Origin: Octopus bimaculoides
Lineage: Eukaryota
Assembly (NCBI RefSeq): GCF_001194135.2
Contig: NC_068981.1
Location: forward strand, 110,185,846-110,245,374
Direction of reading: 5' to 3'
DNA: 59,529 nt
Shown piece after piece: positions 12,621-26,141 of the stretch; position 1 is the first letter of the stretch, and each line of letters opens with the position of its first letter. A model generated the notes under the pieces. That model did not search any database, was not told the origin of the DNA, and worked only from the letters and a program-made list of their open reading frames with translations. The position numbers and the translations under genes were made by a program.

Positions 12621-12647
12621 TAATTTTTTTTCTATTTTTAGGTAAGT
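12621..12647 (+). promoter_or_regulatory. Juxtaposed 3' and 5' splice sites (candidate recursive splice site, or donor of a 104-nt non-coding exon)
   Basis: taatttttttttctatttttAG|GTAAGT, junction at 12641/12642. A second strong acceptor, cttccttctctccAG, ends at 12537. Confidence 0.45.
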
Positions 12648-14065
12648 AACATCACATGGCAAGAAGTATTGATTGTAGTTAAGTATTTCTTTCTCTTATT
12701 CGTTTTCAAGTTTCTTGCACAGATTACATCAGATATAGAATTTTATATTATGTTTTGCATAATTTTAATAAAATTATGGCTGGAAATTTTCACACCTATT
12801 ATTTCATTTGTGCTTGTTTTCCATAGGGACTTTGTGATCGATACCCTATCATATTGTACATTTAGCTAAGTGTTAAAAGTGATAGAAGTTTGTCTTTTTT
12901 TTTTTGTGTGTGTATGTGTGTGTAAACAAATATTAGCTTATCTTTGAACATACTCCTTTGCAACTTATGACATACCACTATACAATTCCTTTTTTATTAC
13001 ATGTATAAAGACATTCACATGTCTTACAAATAAGTCCTGATATTTATTAAACTATTGTCATAGTTTCTTAGCAATTTTGCTACTTGACTTTCTTTGATTT
13101 GCCATTTTCTTGCATCTCCTATAAACTTGTTAAGTTATTACTGACTACTACATTAACATTGTAACAGAATTTGTGTTGTGTGATGAGAAAGGAAGCTGGA
13201 GCTCATTCAAGGAAAATACTTGAGTTTTCTGATAGGGAGCCTTTCTTGTTAACTCAGTCACTATAAGTAATAGTAATGAAAAGAAGAAATAAGATTTATA
13301 AATAAAAGCCATATTAGGTTTAAAAAGGTAATTGATGAATATAAAGTAAATGAGATAGCATTTTGAAAGACTAGGTAAGAATGCATTTAGCTGAAACTAT
13401 GAATACAGTACTATTTTTTTTAGTGACAAATTAGTCAAGTTGGTGGAGAGCTAATACCACAAAAAATTGATACTTGTTGGTAATAAATATGTCATTCCAA
13501 TAACCAACATACAACTGCCTGTCACTTTCTTACATTACCCGCTCCTCTCACCCTTTCACTTGGTTTCTCCCATTATATTCTCTCTTCTATTCACTCTCAT
13601 GCTCTGATTCTCTACCTATCATCACTCTTTGCTATCCTTCTTGAATGTACAGAGACAGTGTAAAGAGGACTGTTTAGTCTTACTAGGAGCAAAACAACCT
13701 CTTTTGTGCTAAGAGCCTTGATAAAATGCACCCACTACATCCTGTAAAGCAGTGAAGAGGTTGGTGAATGGACAGAAGCAACAGTGTTGAGAAGATTGTT
13801 AGTCATCTCAGGAATAAGACAACTATTCTAGTACCGATGCTGCAATAAAATACTCACTGTACATATTGTCAAATGGTTGGCATTAGAAAGAGCATCCAGC
13901 CATAGAAACCATGCCAAATATGTTTCAGAAGAAATATATTTATACCAATTATAATTACACTCAATGGGACAAACACAACTCTTTGAGTAAATGTATCCTT
14001 TTTTAAAAACTCTCAAAACTTTCAAAGTTATTTTGAAGTTATCAAAGTGAAAACAAAAAAAATAA

Positions 14066-14400
14066 TGCAGACATGGTTGTATGGTTAAGAAGCTTACTTT
14101 GTAGTCAAGTACACTGTGTGGTACCTTGGTAAGTGTCTACTACTACAGATCCAAGACTTGTGAGTGAATTTGGTTGATGGAAACTGTGTGGAAGCCCATC
14201 ATATATGTGTGTGTCCGTGTTTATCCCTCCCCTAATACATGGCAAACCATGCTGATTTGTTTATATCCTTTAACTTAGTTATGTGAAAGAGATCAATAGC
14301 ATAAGTACCAGGCTCAAAAATAAGTACTGGGGTCAATTTGCAGTGCTCCAGCATGGCTGTAGTTCAATGACTGAAACAAGAGATAAAGGTAAATAAATAA
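14066..14400 (+). mobile_element. Main SINE, decayed full-length copy
   Basis: Head gcagacatggttgtatggttaagaagc; tail gctccagcatggctgtagttcaatgactgaaacaag. Confidence 0.8.
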
Positions 14401-14404
14401 AAAT

Positions 14405-14600
14405 TTATTGTTATACTTGGGGATGGCCATATTTTGCCAATTACACACATGCACTTTGGTCTCTACTTCAGCTTTATTATTATTATTATTATTATTATTT
14501 TCGTTTCATTGTCAAAGCTCTTTCTTCACACATTCTGTGACCTCTTCAATGACTCTTTATCCTACGTATCTCCTCTTGCATTGCTAAGTCCATTTTGTCT
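14405..14600 (-). mobile_element. PLE terminal repeat (pLTR) with decayed hammerhead
   Basis: Homologous to 54176-54410 and lies 3' of the minus-strand PLE ORF. 14553-14511(-) reads gtca TTGAAGA g gtcac..gtgaa GAAA gagctt tgac. Confidence 0.6.
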
Positions 14601-14879
14601 TTCTATGGTATGTATCCTTATCTATGCATGCATTTGAATATGTGTGTGTGTGTATGTGTGTGTGCGTGCATATGCATGCACATATATGCATGTGCACATT
14701 TTTGTGTATTTGGTATGTGTGTTTTGTGTGCATGTATGTGAGTTTGCTTATTACACTGTTTGTACCCATGACTTTTATTTAGTTATTTTATTTCTTTGTT
14801 TATTCATTAATTTGATTTTTCTTTCTCAATCCATCTTTATGTATTATACTGTTTGTATCTGTGTCTTTTTTCTTCTGTC

Positions 14880-16000
14880 ATTCTGTCTTCCGTCATCAGG
14901 TTGTGTAGTGTGGCGGAGTGTCATTATTCCATTCATGTTTTCTGTTGAAGTTTGGTCTGTCTATTACTATGTGTACAGCCTCTGTAATCTAAGTGTCATG
15001 TTTGTTCTATGTGTTGATAATATCTTAACATCTGTGTTAAGTATGTTGGTAGAGCACTGGTGAGCTTTTCTCCTCCTTGAGCTGCTGCCAGTGTTCACTT
15101 ATCTGCTCACCTTTGCTACATGCTGTCTCCTCAGTGTTTCTGTACTGTCTCTCAGTACACCATATACTACACATTCCCAATCTTACAGTTTACCTGTGGA
15201 TTCATCCTACATACTATACATTTTCTATTTGTACATGGGGTCCTCTCAAACGTATATGTTCTGCAGATCAGGGATTTTATGGGGTCCCTGGTCTTTCTAC
15301 TACTTTAATCCATAAATTCATCTTATCTAAGGTTTTCCTAAAAAGACATGCTAGTTTGCCACCAGGGGTAGCATGAACGAATGTGACAGTCTGATATTTT
15401 TGATTGTCATACCATGCATTGGCCTTACCTATCTTCTTGGTCCTTTCTATGTTATTCCAGGAGTTACTCCTATATAGTGGGCAGATCCCATTTGCATTAT
15501 TCTCTATGATGGCCTTGTACACTCTGATCCTGACTCTTTGGTTGTGTCTAGAGAACTGCATGCAGTGGATGAAGTGTTGTATGTATCTCTCTAATTCTAT
15601 TAGGTTGCACATGCAGGACATATTTCTCACCACCCTTACCAAGTCCACTGATAGGATATTGAACTTGTTTGTAATAGGTGTGTTCTTGTGGACCAGGTAC
15701 TTAGAGCCCAGGGTTTAGTTATCTGGACCTTATAATTCCTAGTTTCCAGCCAGATTTCTGTGTCTAAGTCTATAGTTAGGGTACTTGCTTGATTAATCTA
15801 CTGTTACTTTAATACTCTGGTGGATGGAGTTAGCTATTTACTGGATGCTCTCCATGATGTTGGCTTCTAGTTCATAGACATTGTCATGTAGGGGTGCTTT
15901 TACCACTATGTTGATATCATCCACATAACAGGAATACATGGTTATGGAGCTCTATTCTAATCATTTTTTTAGTTTCATATCTCACCATTAGCTACATTGC
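14880..16000 (-). mobile_element. Decayed Penelope-like element (RT, thumb/linker, GIY-YIG remnants)
   Basis: FNNKIYTQEEGAAI and YVDDINIVV at ~15900-15990; TVTFVHATPGGKLA...KVVERPG in ORF 15277-15648; decayed GIY-YIG-like segment further downstream. Confidence 0.75.
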
Positions 16001-17221
16001 CAGCAATACTGACCCTGATGGCTGCACCTTCTTCTTGAGTGTATATCTTGTTATTAAACTTGAACAATACATAAACATAAGTAAAAATATATAAACAAGA
16101 AAGAAGATATATCTTCATTAAAAAGACAAAAGGTTGTTCTTAGCTCCCCTCCTCACAGTAACATTTCTGAGGAAATTGTTGCTATTTTAAATGTTTTGCT
16201 GAACATATACTGAATACATTGGGAAGAATGCCTAGTGTATATTACAGCAGTCGCATAAAGTTCTTTGGTAACATAGGTTGATGAGTGTAGGTGTACAGTG
16301 TTTGAAAATAGTGGCCACCAGTAGTCATAGTGGAAATATAGTTAACAGATGACTCAATATGAGTTGTTGAACTAGAAGTCATATTTAATCCAAAATCAAA
16401 CTTGTAGAACTACCTTTAAGTATTCAAACCTATTTCTATCTGAATGTTGTTAGTACTTGTCAGTGTCTGTGGAATTGACAATGTTTTTGACACTTCAGTA
16501 TTTGATTGGTCATATTCTATAATTGCTTGCAACAAATATTTCACTCGAGTTGTTTTCTTAAGACCTATTGTGACATACTTTCACTGTTAAATTGTCATTG
16601 TTTTCTGGCTTAGTTTTCTTAAGATTTGTCAAAATTTTGACTGTTTCTTTTAGCTGAGTTCAGTTTCCCCAGGGTTTGTATTTTAGACTGTTGTCAACTT
16701 CTGACGCTTTTGTTTTTCCAGAGCAAAAGAAGTGGTTAGATTGCTTGAGAAAAATTAGCTTGTAGGATTGATGTGTACAACTGAAGCCACATCTTTTTGT
16801 CATGTACAACTATCTTACAGTAGATATCACTCATTAATGAGTAATATCTTTGGCAGTCTTGGTCTTTCTCCATTTTCTGATATTTTTTAAATCTGAGCAT
16901 TGTATGTTTGGTGATTACCATTATTAGTTGGTATTTATCTAATATTAAAATGTGTCATACCAAATCTTGTATTTGTTGTCATTATAATAAGTCCTATAAA
17001 TATTTATTCAAGTTAAGGAAGTTTCATAGTGAAGTATTTATCTAAGTAAAGCTATAGCTGCACAGGATCCTTTAGCTCAGAAAAACTTAATCAACACAAT
17101 ACCCAAGCTCTCAACAATGAACTGTTAGCCATGTTAAATATTACTGATCACATTGGGTTGAATTACATAGCAGAACAAACAAGTGTAACATTATTTGTAC
17201 AACAATATCAATATTAGAGCT

Positions 17222-17552
17222 GTAAATTGAAGAGCGTCGAGCTTACTATCATGAGGTTGTGAGTTTGAATCACGGATCGGGCTGTGTGTTGTGTTCTTGA
17301 GCAAGACACTTTATTTCACATTGCTCCAGTTCACTCAGCTGTAGAAATGAGTTGCAACGTCACAGGTGCCAAGCTGTATCAGCCTTTGCCTTTCCCTTGG
17401 ATAACACTGGTAACATGGAGAGAGGAGGCCGGTATGCATGGGCGATTGCTGGTCTTCCATAAACAACGTTGTCCGGACTTGTGCCTGGGAGGGTAACTTT
17501 CTAGATGCAACCCCGTGGTCAGTGATGACCGAAGGAGGTCTCAGCAAATTGA
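17222..17552 (+). mobile_element. tRNA-derived SINE with V-domain-like core
   Basis: B-box-like gagtttgaatcac; core ttcttgagcaagacactttatttcacattgctccagttcactcagctgta. Confidence 0.7.
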
Positions 17553-18669
17553 AGAAGGTATACCACATGAACATGAAAACCAGAAACTTCTTTAAAGACC
17601 AACTAGTATAAAGTTTCTTTCTCATAGATTTTTTTTATTCATTAATTTTGTTTCATTTCATTATTTTATTTTCCTCTTTTCAGAATGTATTTTTATCATA
17701 CTTGTATTTGAGAAATTGAAGTGGTAAAGCATCAGTACTTATTTTCTAATTGAAATTTTTATCTCTGTTCTTTAAATTTCTCCTGTTTTACAGACATATT
17801 TAATTCATTCTTTTATGTTTCATTTCTTTCTTATTTCATACTCACTGTGCTTTTCACTTTTGTTTCATTTCCTCTCATAGCTGTCTTTGTCATTTTTCTT
17901 TACTGTATTTTTGATAACTAGATTTTGTTTTCTTTTTAATTTTTAATTATGATTGCTTACTTTAGATAAGATTGATGTTAATAAACATTGCCCTCACGGC
18001 TCTTCTTTTTTTTTACTGGTATATAATAAAGAAACAATATAACCGTTATTTCTAACTACTTTTTTATCATATGTGTGTATATGTATGTGTATGCATATAT
18101 ATTTATGTGTGTGTGTGGTGTGTGTATACACTGGTATTGAACAGTGAGAATGAGTGTTCAACACAGCATTAGTGGATAATTATTCTTTATTTGAGGGTTA
18201 ACAAGACTACCATTGGTTTCATGCTGGAAAAAAATTTCTCAGCAATTATCAAGCCTGGTACTTGTCATTATCTTGAATGAGATTTGGGGGGCATAAACAA
18301 AATGTATTAAAACTTCTAAATTATGTGCACATGCTCAAACACAAGCAATTGAGTGCACACACTCAAACACAAGCAAAAGGAATAATGCAGATGTGTGTGC
18401 CACTGTGTGTATATTTCTGTGTGCACATATTTTGTATGGATATGCATGTTCATATATGTGTGTATTTATATATAGATTTATAAATTTGGTCATGGCCTGG
18501 GCTAATGCAAGGGAGGCAGCAATTAGGTTTTTTTCCCATAAGCTGTCTCCCATGTTCTGTATATTTTTTTATTTACCCCAAAATCCTGTACAGTCTCACG
18601 TAGCTTCATGCAGTGCTATTCAAGATGGAGATGAGTATCAGTGTTCTATGTGTGTGCATATAACTTTTT

Positions 18670-18905
18670 ATTTTTTTACTTGTTTCAGTCACTTGACTGC
18701 AGCCATGCTGGGGCACTGCTTGGGAGGGTTTTAATCAAATAAATTGACCTCAGGATTTATTTTTTAGAGCCTGGTACTTTTTCTATCAGTCTGTTTTACC
18801 AAACCACTAAGTTACGGGGATGTAAACACACAAACACTGGTTGTTGAGTGGTGGTGGAGGACAAAGACACACACACACACACACACACATACATATATGT
18901 ATATA
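18670..18905 (-). mobile_element. Main SINE, 3' half
   Basis: tttacttgtttcagtcacttgactgcagccatgctgg...ggacaaagac(ac)n. Confidence 0.85.
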
Positions 18906-20420
18906 TACAGCGAAGAATTCAGGGTACAAGCTGGGGTTCACCAAAAGTCAATCCTAACCCCACCTCTTGTTCATCATAGGCTATAACAGAGGAATTTGAG
19001 ATAGGCTGTCTCTGGGAGTTCCTCTATGCTGATGACCTTGTTTTTATAGCTGAATCACTACCAGAACATGAGAAGACGTTTCAGGTGTGGAAGCAAGTCT
19101 TGAATCGAAGGGTCTTAGAATTAACCTAGCAAAAACCAAAGTCTTAGTAAGTAGGAAGGCAGACAAACCACAAATCCCTTGCAGTAGATGGCACTGCTCA
19201 ATCTGCTAGAAAGGTATAGGTAGAAACTCCATAAGATGTACTCTGTGTAAGCTATGGACACATAAGAGGTGCAGCAATATCAGAAAAAGGTTAACAGGGA
19301 AAATAGCTTTTTCTCTGGTACAATAAACACTGAAAATGTACAGAAAATAGACTCCATCAATTGCCAGTGGGGTAAGCTAAAGGTAGCAGATAGCTTCTGT
19401 TATCTAGGTGATCAAGTTAGCAGCGGAGGTGAATGCCCCAAGAGCATACCTCTGAGAATAAGATTAGGCTGGGCAAAGTTCAGAGAATGCCTACCCCTGC
19501 TGGCAACAAAGGGTCTCTCCCTCAGAGTGAAAGGCAGATTGTATGATGCCTGTGTGCTAAAAGCTATACTACATGGCAGTGAAAGATGAGCTGTAACAGC
19601 TGAGGACATGCGTAGGCTTGAAATAAATAAATCCAGTATGCTTTGCTGGATATGCAATGTTGGTGTGCGCATGGTCAACAGAGTGTAAGCATCTCGAGAG
19701 AAAAGTTGTGCATAAGAGGCATCAGATGTGGTGTGCAAGAGAGACAACTGTGCTGGTATAGTCATGTGACGTGTATGGATGAGGTACGCGGACAGCTGAG
19801 TAAAGAAGTACCGATCTCTAACTGTGGGAGGAACCTGTAGTAGACGTAGACCCAGGAAGACATGGGACGAGGTGGTGAAGCATGATCTTTGAACTTTGTG
19901 CCTCACAGGGGCAATGACTAGTGATCAAGACTTTTGGCGATATGCTGTGCTTGAGAAAACCCATCAAGCCAAGTGAAGTTGTAGCTGTGGCTGATGCTGG
20001 TGTCATGTAACTGGCACCCAAGCCGGTGGCATGTAAAAAGCACCTTTCAAGTGTTGGGCTTCATGGAGGCAAGGTGGCTGATGCCACTGGCATGTGAAAA
20101 GCTCCTTTTGAGTGTTGGGTTTCATAGACGCAATGACTGAGACCTTTGGCATTATGTCATTCTTGAGAAGAAGACCCATCAAGCCAAGTAAAATCACAGT
20201 TGTGACTGATTCTGGTGTCACACAAATGGCACCCGTACCAGTAGCATGTAAAAGCACCCATTACACTCAAAGTGGTTGACGTTAAGAAGGGCATCCAGCT
20301 GTAGAAACCATTCCAAATCAGACAAGAGTCTGGTGCAGCCTTCCAGCTTACCAACCTTGGTCAAACCATCCAACCAATGCCACCATGGACAAGGGACATT
20401 AAATGATGATGATGATGATG
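18906..20420 (+). mobile_element. 5'-truncated RTE LINE with 3' UTR and (GAT)n tail
   Basis: YADD at ~19026; FCYLGDQVSSGG...AKFRECLPLLATKGLSLRVKGRLYDAC; tail aaat(gat)n at 20401-20420. Confidence 0.92.
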
Positions 20421-20901
20421 ATAATATATTTATATGTATATATAAATACCACATGGGACAAGAATGCAAAACATCAAGACAGTTACGCGATACAAGAAAG
20501 GGAAAAAACATCCAGATAGACGATATAAAGAAAACACGGACAAGTCATTCAGAGTTTTCTCTCTTCAGTCAAGATCCAGATTATCCTTGCAATTTCAGTT
20601 GGTTATTCTCGATATTGCTCCAATCTGGCCAGCCCCAAGGAAAGACTAAGCTAAGAGCATTAGATTCCTTGGAAGAAAGCAGCGAATGTATACAAAAAAA
20701 GGACGGAAGAAAACGAATAATGTTACACAAATACAGTAGGAATAATAACAGGACAAAACCATAGATGTCTTTCGACTAAGGATGAATAAAATTAAGCTGG
20801 CATATATGGAAATAAGGCCTTACAGCCAGGATACAAGGTTTCACAGGCACAGGGAGGAATAACGATGTTGCATGCTCAATGGCATATATATATATATATA
20901 T

Positions 20902-21066
20902 ACAATGGGCTTCTTTCAGTTTCCATCTACCAGATCCACTCACAAGGCTTTGGTGAGCCTGAGGCTATAGTAGACGACACTTGCCCAAGGTGCCATGCAC
21001 TGGGACTGAACCCAAATCATGTGGTTGGGAAGCAAACTTCTTACCCCACAGCAACATCTGTGTCTA
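20902..21066 (-). mobile_element. Main SINE, 5' half
   Basis: gggcttctttcagtttccatctac...cttgcccaagg...gggactgaacc...cttcttaccccaca. Confidence 0.85.
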
Positions 21067-21570
21067 ATAATTAATGGTGTGTGAAAGAGGAGAAGGAGTG
21101 AGAAATAAAGGGTTTGGGGCTAAGTGGAAATGCTGTTCTATAGAGTGAGGGAGTTAATGAGGGAGGAAATGTCAGTTATGTATGTACATATGCTGGAGTG
21201 TATCAATGTTTTAAGAAGGATATAAGAACAGGAACACTGAGTGCATGTGTGGGTGTGTGTTTGTTAGAAAGTTGTGGCAGTAAGGAGGTGAGAAGAAGCA
21301 TGAATATAGAATAAATGAGAAAGCAAGAATACTATGAGGGAATAAATAGAAGTGTATGAAGGGGTGTGGGTATGAAATACTGTAATGTGGAAGAAAGTTA
21401 TGAGGAAGAGATGAGCAGTGCTGGGGCAAGAAAGAAAACAAATTGGGTTCTGTGACTCAGGTGAATATAAGTGTATAAATGAAAAGAAGGTAAGAAGAAA
21501 AATAAAAATAAAAAGTGAGTTCTGGGAGAGAAAAATTGGAGAAAACTGAAGAAAAATTATTGCAATAAAT

Positions 21571-21995
21571 CTTTTATCTGTTTCAGTCATTAGACTGTGG
21601 CCATGCTGGGGCACCACCTTGAAGAACATTTAGTCAGATGAATTGACCCCAGGTTTATCTTTTAAGTCCAGTACTTATTCTGTCAGTTTCTTTTGGTGAA
21701 CTGCTAATTTACAGGGATGTAAACAAACCAACACCAGTTGTCAGGCGGCGGTGGTGGTGAGGGGCAATCACAGGCACAAAGAAACACACACATATTCATG
21801 TATATATGCGTATATACGACAGGCTTCTTTCAGTTTCCAGCTACTAAATCCACTCAAGGATTTGATCAGCTTGATGTTATAATAGAAGACCTTAACTCCA
21901 GGTGCCCACAGCTCAAGTTGCCCAGGCAGTGGGACTGAATCCAGAACCATGAGTTTGGGAAGCAAGCTTCTTACCACACAACCATGCCTGCGCCT
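21571..21995 (-). mobile_element. Main SINE, full-length
   Basis: Both halves and the central TA/CA tract are present; ends accatgcctgcgcc. Confidence 0.88.
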
Positions 21996-22639
21996 ATTAA
22001 GCCATACCTGCACCTATGAAAAGAAGGTTGCTCTGAAGTAGAAAGCAATGCCCATATGTCTTAGAAAGACCAAGTGATTTTTTCTATCCTTGTCAAAAAG
22101 AGTGCTAACCATTTTTCCTTTCACTCATAAAAATAAATAAGTAAATAATGCAATACTGATGGAAAGGCCAGGGATATACACAACTCATGCAAGAAATGGG
22201 GAGATAGAAATGTCCATATCATGGTGAGGAGCTGATAAACAAAACTTAGAAGATAATTGATAGATCTGTAAGTACATGTCAAAGTTTGAAAGTGTTTATA
22301 ATATAAATGGGAAAAGGAGAATGTCCTGAGAATCCAAAGATGATAAAAGGTTGTAAAATCAGCAGAGAGAGGAAAATTGGGAAAATCAGCTGTAGTGACT
22401 TCAGCTTGAATACATGTTTTGGAAAAGCTGGTTTGATCACATGGTAGAGGAAAATGTCAGAAGGAAAAGAAATCTATTACACTGAAGAGTGAAGCGGAAG
22501 AGAGGTAAGAGGACAGGAAAACAGGGACAAGGAAGAAAATATGGGTACAAGTGTGCATGCATATGTTTGTGTGTTAGCGAGCTAATGTGTCAATGGTAGA
22601 GAAGGTAGAAAAGAGAGGGGTCAGGCACAATGTAAAATA

Positions 22640-22876
22640 CATATATATCCTTTATGTTTTATGCATTAGACTGTGGCCATTTTGAAGCACTGCCTCCAGG
22701 AACTTATAGTCAAATACCAGTACTTATTTTTTTATAAAGCCTGGTACATACTCTTTCAGTTTTTTTTGCTGAACTGCTAAGTTATAGGGATGTAAACACT
22801 CAAACACCAGTTGTCAAACGATTGTGGGGGGACAAATGCAGATACAAAAGATAAACACACACACACATGTCTATAT

Positions 22877-22878
<2 letters not shown>
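22640..22878 (-). mobile_element. Main SINE, 3' half (partner at 25021-25097)
   Basis: cattagactgtggcc...ggacaaatgcaga..(ac)n, interrupted by an RTE tail. Confidence 0.8.
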
Positions 22879-22908
<30 letters not shown>

Positions 22909-24871
22909 TTAACGTACACTTTCCATGCTAGCATGGGTTGGACGATTTGACTGAGGACTGGTGAACCAGATGGCTACACCAGGCTCCAATCTGATTGGCA
23001 GAGTTTCTACAACTCGATGCCCTTCCTAACGCCAACCACTACGAGAGTGTAGTGGGTGCTTTTACGTGCCACCGGCACGAAGGCCAATCAGGTGGTATTG
23101 GCAACGGCCACGCTCAAAATGGTGTATTTTATGTGCCACCTGCACAGGAGCCAGTCCAGCGGCACTGGCAATGACTTCGCTTGAATGTCTTTTCATGTGC
23201 CACCGGCACAAGTGCCATTAAGGTGGTGCTAGTACCGATCATGCTCAAATGGTGCTATTTACACGCCACTGGCAATGATCACGCTCAGACGGTGCTCTTA
23301 GCGCTCCACTGGTACAAGTGCCATCACGATTTTGCTTTCACTTGCCCCAACAGGTCTTCACAAGCCGAGTTTAGTGTCCAATGAAGGAGATGTTGGCATG
23401 GGTGCCAGTTGTCGAATTTAGTTCGATTTCAATTTCACTTGCCTCAACAGGTTTTCGCAAGCAGAGTTTAGTGTCCAATGAAGGAAAGGTACACATAAGT
23501 GGGCTGGCTACACCCTTGGCAGAGGCCTTCGATTATGGTCTCACTTGCCGGGACTTCTCATGCACAGCATATTTCCAAAGGTCTCGGTCACAANNNNNNN
23601 NNNTTAGGTTCAACTTTTCTCTCAAGGTACTTACACTCTGTCGAATATGCACATTGACATTACACATCCATCGGAGTATACTGGCTCCATTCCTTGCGAG
23701 CTTATGCATGTCCTCAGCAGTCATGGCCCATGTTTCACTGCCATGTAGCGTAGCTGTTCGTACACATGTGTCATACATTTTGCCTTTTACTCTGAGTGAG
23801 AGGCACTTTGTCACCAGCAGAGGTAAGAGCTCTCTGAACTTTGCCCAGGCTATTCTTGTTCTAGCAGCTACACTTTCAGCACACCCTCCCTCACTACTAA
23901 CTTGGTCATCTAGATAGCGGAAGCTATCAACTACGTCTAGTTTTTCTCCCTGGAATGTGGCAGAAGTTGTTTTCTGCACATTTTCAGTGTTTATAGCTCC
24001 TGAACATCTGCCACATACAAAAACTAACTTCCTAGTTTACCTTCCTTTGATATTGCTGCACCTCTTATGTGTCCATAGCTTACACTGGGTACATCTTATA
24101 GAGTTTCTACCTATGCCTTTTCTACAGATCGAGCAGGGCCATCTACCTGAAGGGGTTTGTGTTTTGCCTACCGTCCTACTTATTAGGACTTTGGTTTTAG
24201 CTAGGTTGACAATAAGGCCCTTCGATTCTAGTCCTTGCTTCCACACCTGAAACTTCTCCCCTAGTTTTGATAGTGACTCAGCAATTAGCGCAAGGTCATC
24301 AGCATAGAGGAGCTCCCAGGGGTATCCCGTCTTGAATTCCTGTGTTATTGCCTGGAGGACTATGATAAATAGGAGGGGGATGAGGACTGAACCTTGGTGG
24401 ACCCCTACCTCTACCCGGAATTCTTTACTGTACTCGTTGCCAACCCTCACCTTACTGACAGCGTCTCTGTACATGGCTCACACAGCTCTCACTAACCATC
24501 CTTCTATCCTTAGTTTTCCTCATTGACCACCAGATAGGGGATCGGGGGCCCTGTCAAAGGCTTTCTACATGTCAACGAAAGCGAGGTACTGAGGTTTATC
24601 TTTGGCTAGGTATTTCTCCTGCAGTTGTCTTACCAGAAATATAGCATCAGTGGTGCTTTTCCCTGGCACGAACCCAAACTGCATCTCATCTAAACTGACT
24701 CTTTTCCTAATTAGTTGGGTTATGATCCTCTCCGTGACTTTCATTACCTGATCTAACAACTTGATACCTCTGTAATTATTTGTATCTAAAGCATCACCTT
24801 TACCTTTGTAGCGGTTGACTATGGTGCTGCTACACCAGTCATTGGGTATGACTCCTTCGTGTATCACCTGG

Positions 24872-24873
<2 letters not shown>
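22879..24873 (-). mobile_element. 5'-truncated RTE LINE with (GAT)n tail
   Basis: ORFs 24565-24867, 24037-24474 (VGVHQGSVL...WELLYADD) and 23533-23979; (CAT)n tail at 22879-22907. Confidence 0.95.
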
Positions 24874-24904
<31 letters not shown>

Positions 24905-24905
<1 letters not shown>

Positions 24906-25020
24906 CGAATCAGATTGGAGGCTGGTGTTGCCATCCGGTTTCACCAGTCCTCAGTCAAATTGTCCAACCCATGCTAGCATGGAAAGCGGACGTTAAACGA
25001 TGATGATGATGATGATGATG
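24905..25020 (+). mobile_element. Short RTE 3' tail insertion
   Basis: Near-identical to 85-190; ends in (gat)n. Confidence 0.88.
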
Positions 25021-25097
25021 AGCTTCTTACAGTTGCCATCTACCAAATCTACTCCCAAGGCTTCAGTCAGTGGTTGGGAAGCAAACTTCTTACCACA
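25021..25097 (-). mobile_element. Main SINE, deleted 5' half
   Basis: agcttcttacagttgccatctaccaaatc...ggttgggaagcaaacttcttaccacag. Confidence 0.75.
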
Positions 25098-25249
25098 GAA
25101 CCACACCTGTGCCTATGTTGGTAAATATCTCATGAGTTAGTACACATCCAGGATTATATCTATATATATAATCCTGGAGGGTTTTCAAAATGCAAATTTG
25201 AAAAAGCAAAATCTATAAAATATAAATAAGCTTCTGTGAACAGCACCAA

Positions 25250-26110
25250 CCAGTGATATTAAAAAAAACCCTCATGTTATCCATACCTGTATACCCATTG
25301 AATTTTTAGTACAAATCACATTAGGCTTTTAGTAAATTCCAACACTATCTTATATACAAGAAGTATATACAGAGGTATGTGTAAGATGCTTTTTGTATCT
25401 TAAGTGCATGTTTTTCATTTTATCATCACTTGCTCATTTTCTTGTCAGTAGCAACAATTTATTTCATTTCGAATAAGATGAATTGCTACTACTGATAAGA
25501 AATTTTCATATATTTGCTTCCAATGTCTGTATATATAAGTTTTCCCTGCCTGACTGGAGTTTATTTTGACTGACCACCTACTTGGAAATTCTAACAAGAA
25601 AAGACATGTAAAAAATAAAGGACATTTTGTTCTTTTTAGCAAATTATGCTCATGCTTTCAACCTTTAGGGCTTAAGTTTTGCAGATTTTTATTGCTCCAG
25701 ATATTGTAAATTGCCTGTAACATATGAATTATAAAGCCGTTGTTTTACCAATAATCCAAGTCCAGCAGTTCCTTGATCCTAGTGAATTAATACATATCCT
25801 GTCATTCCTATAATAATTGTAAAGTCAAAAGTTTATTTTGTGTATTGGATTGCAGGCTATGCATCAATGGTCCATTGTTATTTTATTTCTAACGTATATT
25901 TTTCATCACTTTAACATTTAGTGAGCAATTACCTTTCACAACAGAGCATGCTTTTATTTGCCCCAAATAAAATTATCAGATCAGTTGTACTGTAATTTGG
26001 TTCTATGTTTATTCCTAGGCTTTGCCAATATTTTTTTGATCTATTGCTTTCTATATGTTCATCTTTATTAGTTGCCTTATCGGAAACTAGTATCTACAGA
26101 ATATTCTCTT
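25250..26110 (-). mobile_element. Highly decayed PLE linker/GIY-YIG fragment
   Basis: ORF 25445-25642(-) KRTKCPLFFTCL...GKTYIY resembles the PLE CPL-G-CL...K-YIG motif. RNKHRTKLQYN lies upstream. Confidence 0.45.
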
Positions 26111-26141
26111 GTAGATGGCTAGGATGTGGCTAAAGCCTTCA

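Noticed and set aside
16000-16950. Ser/Thr-rich broken minus-strand frames upstream of the PLE
   Set aside because: No recognisable motif; not assignable.
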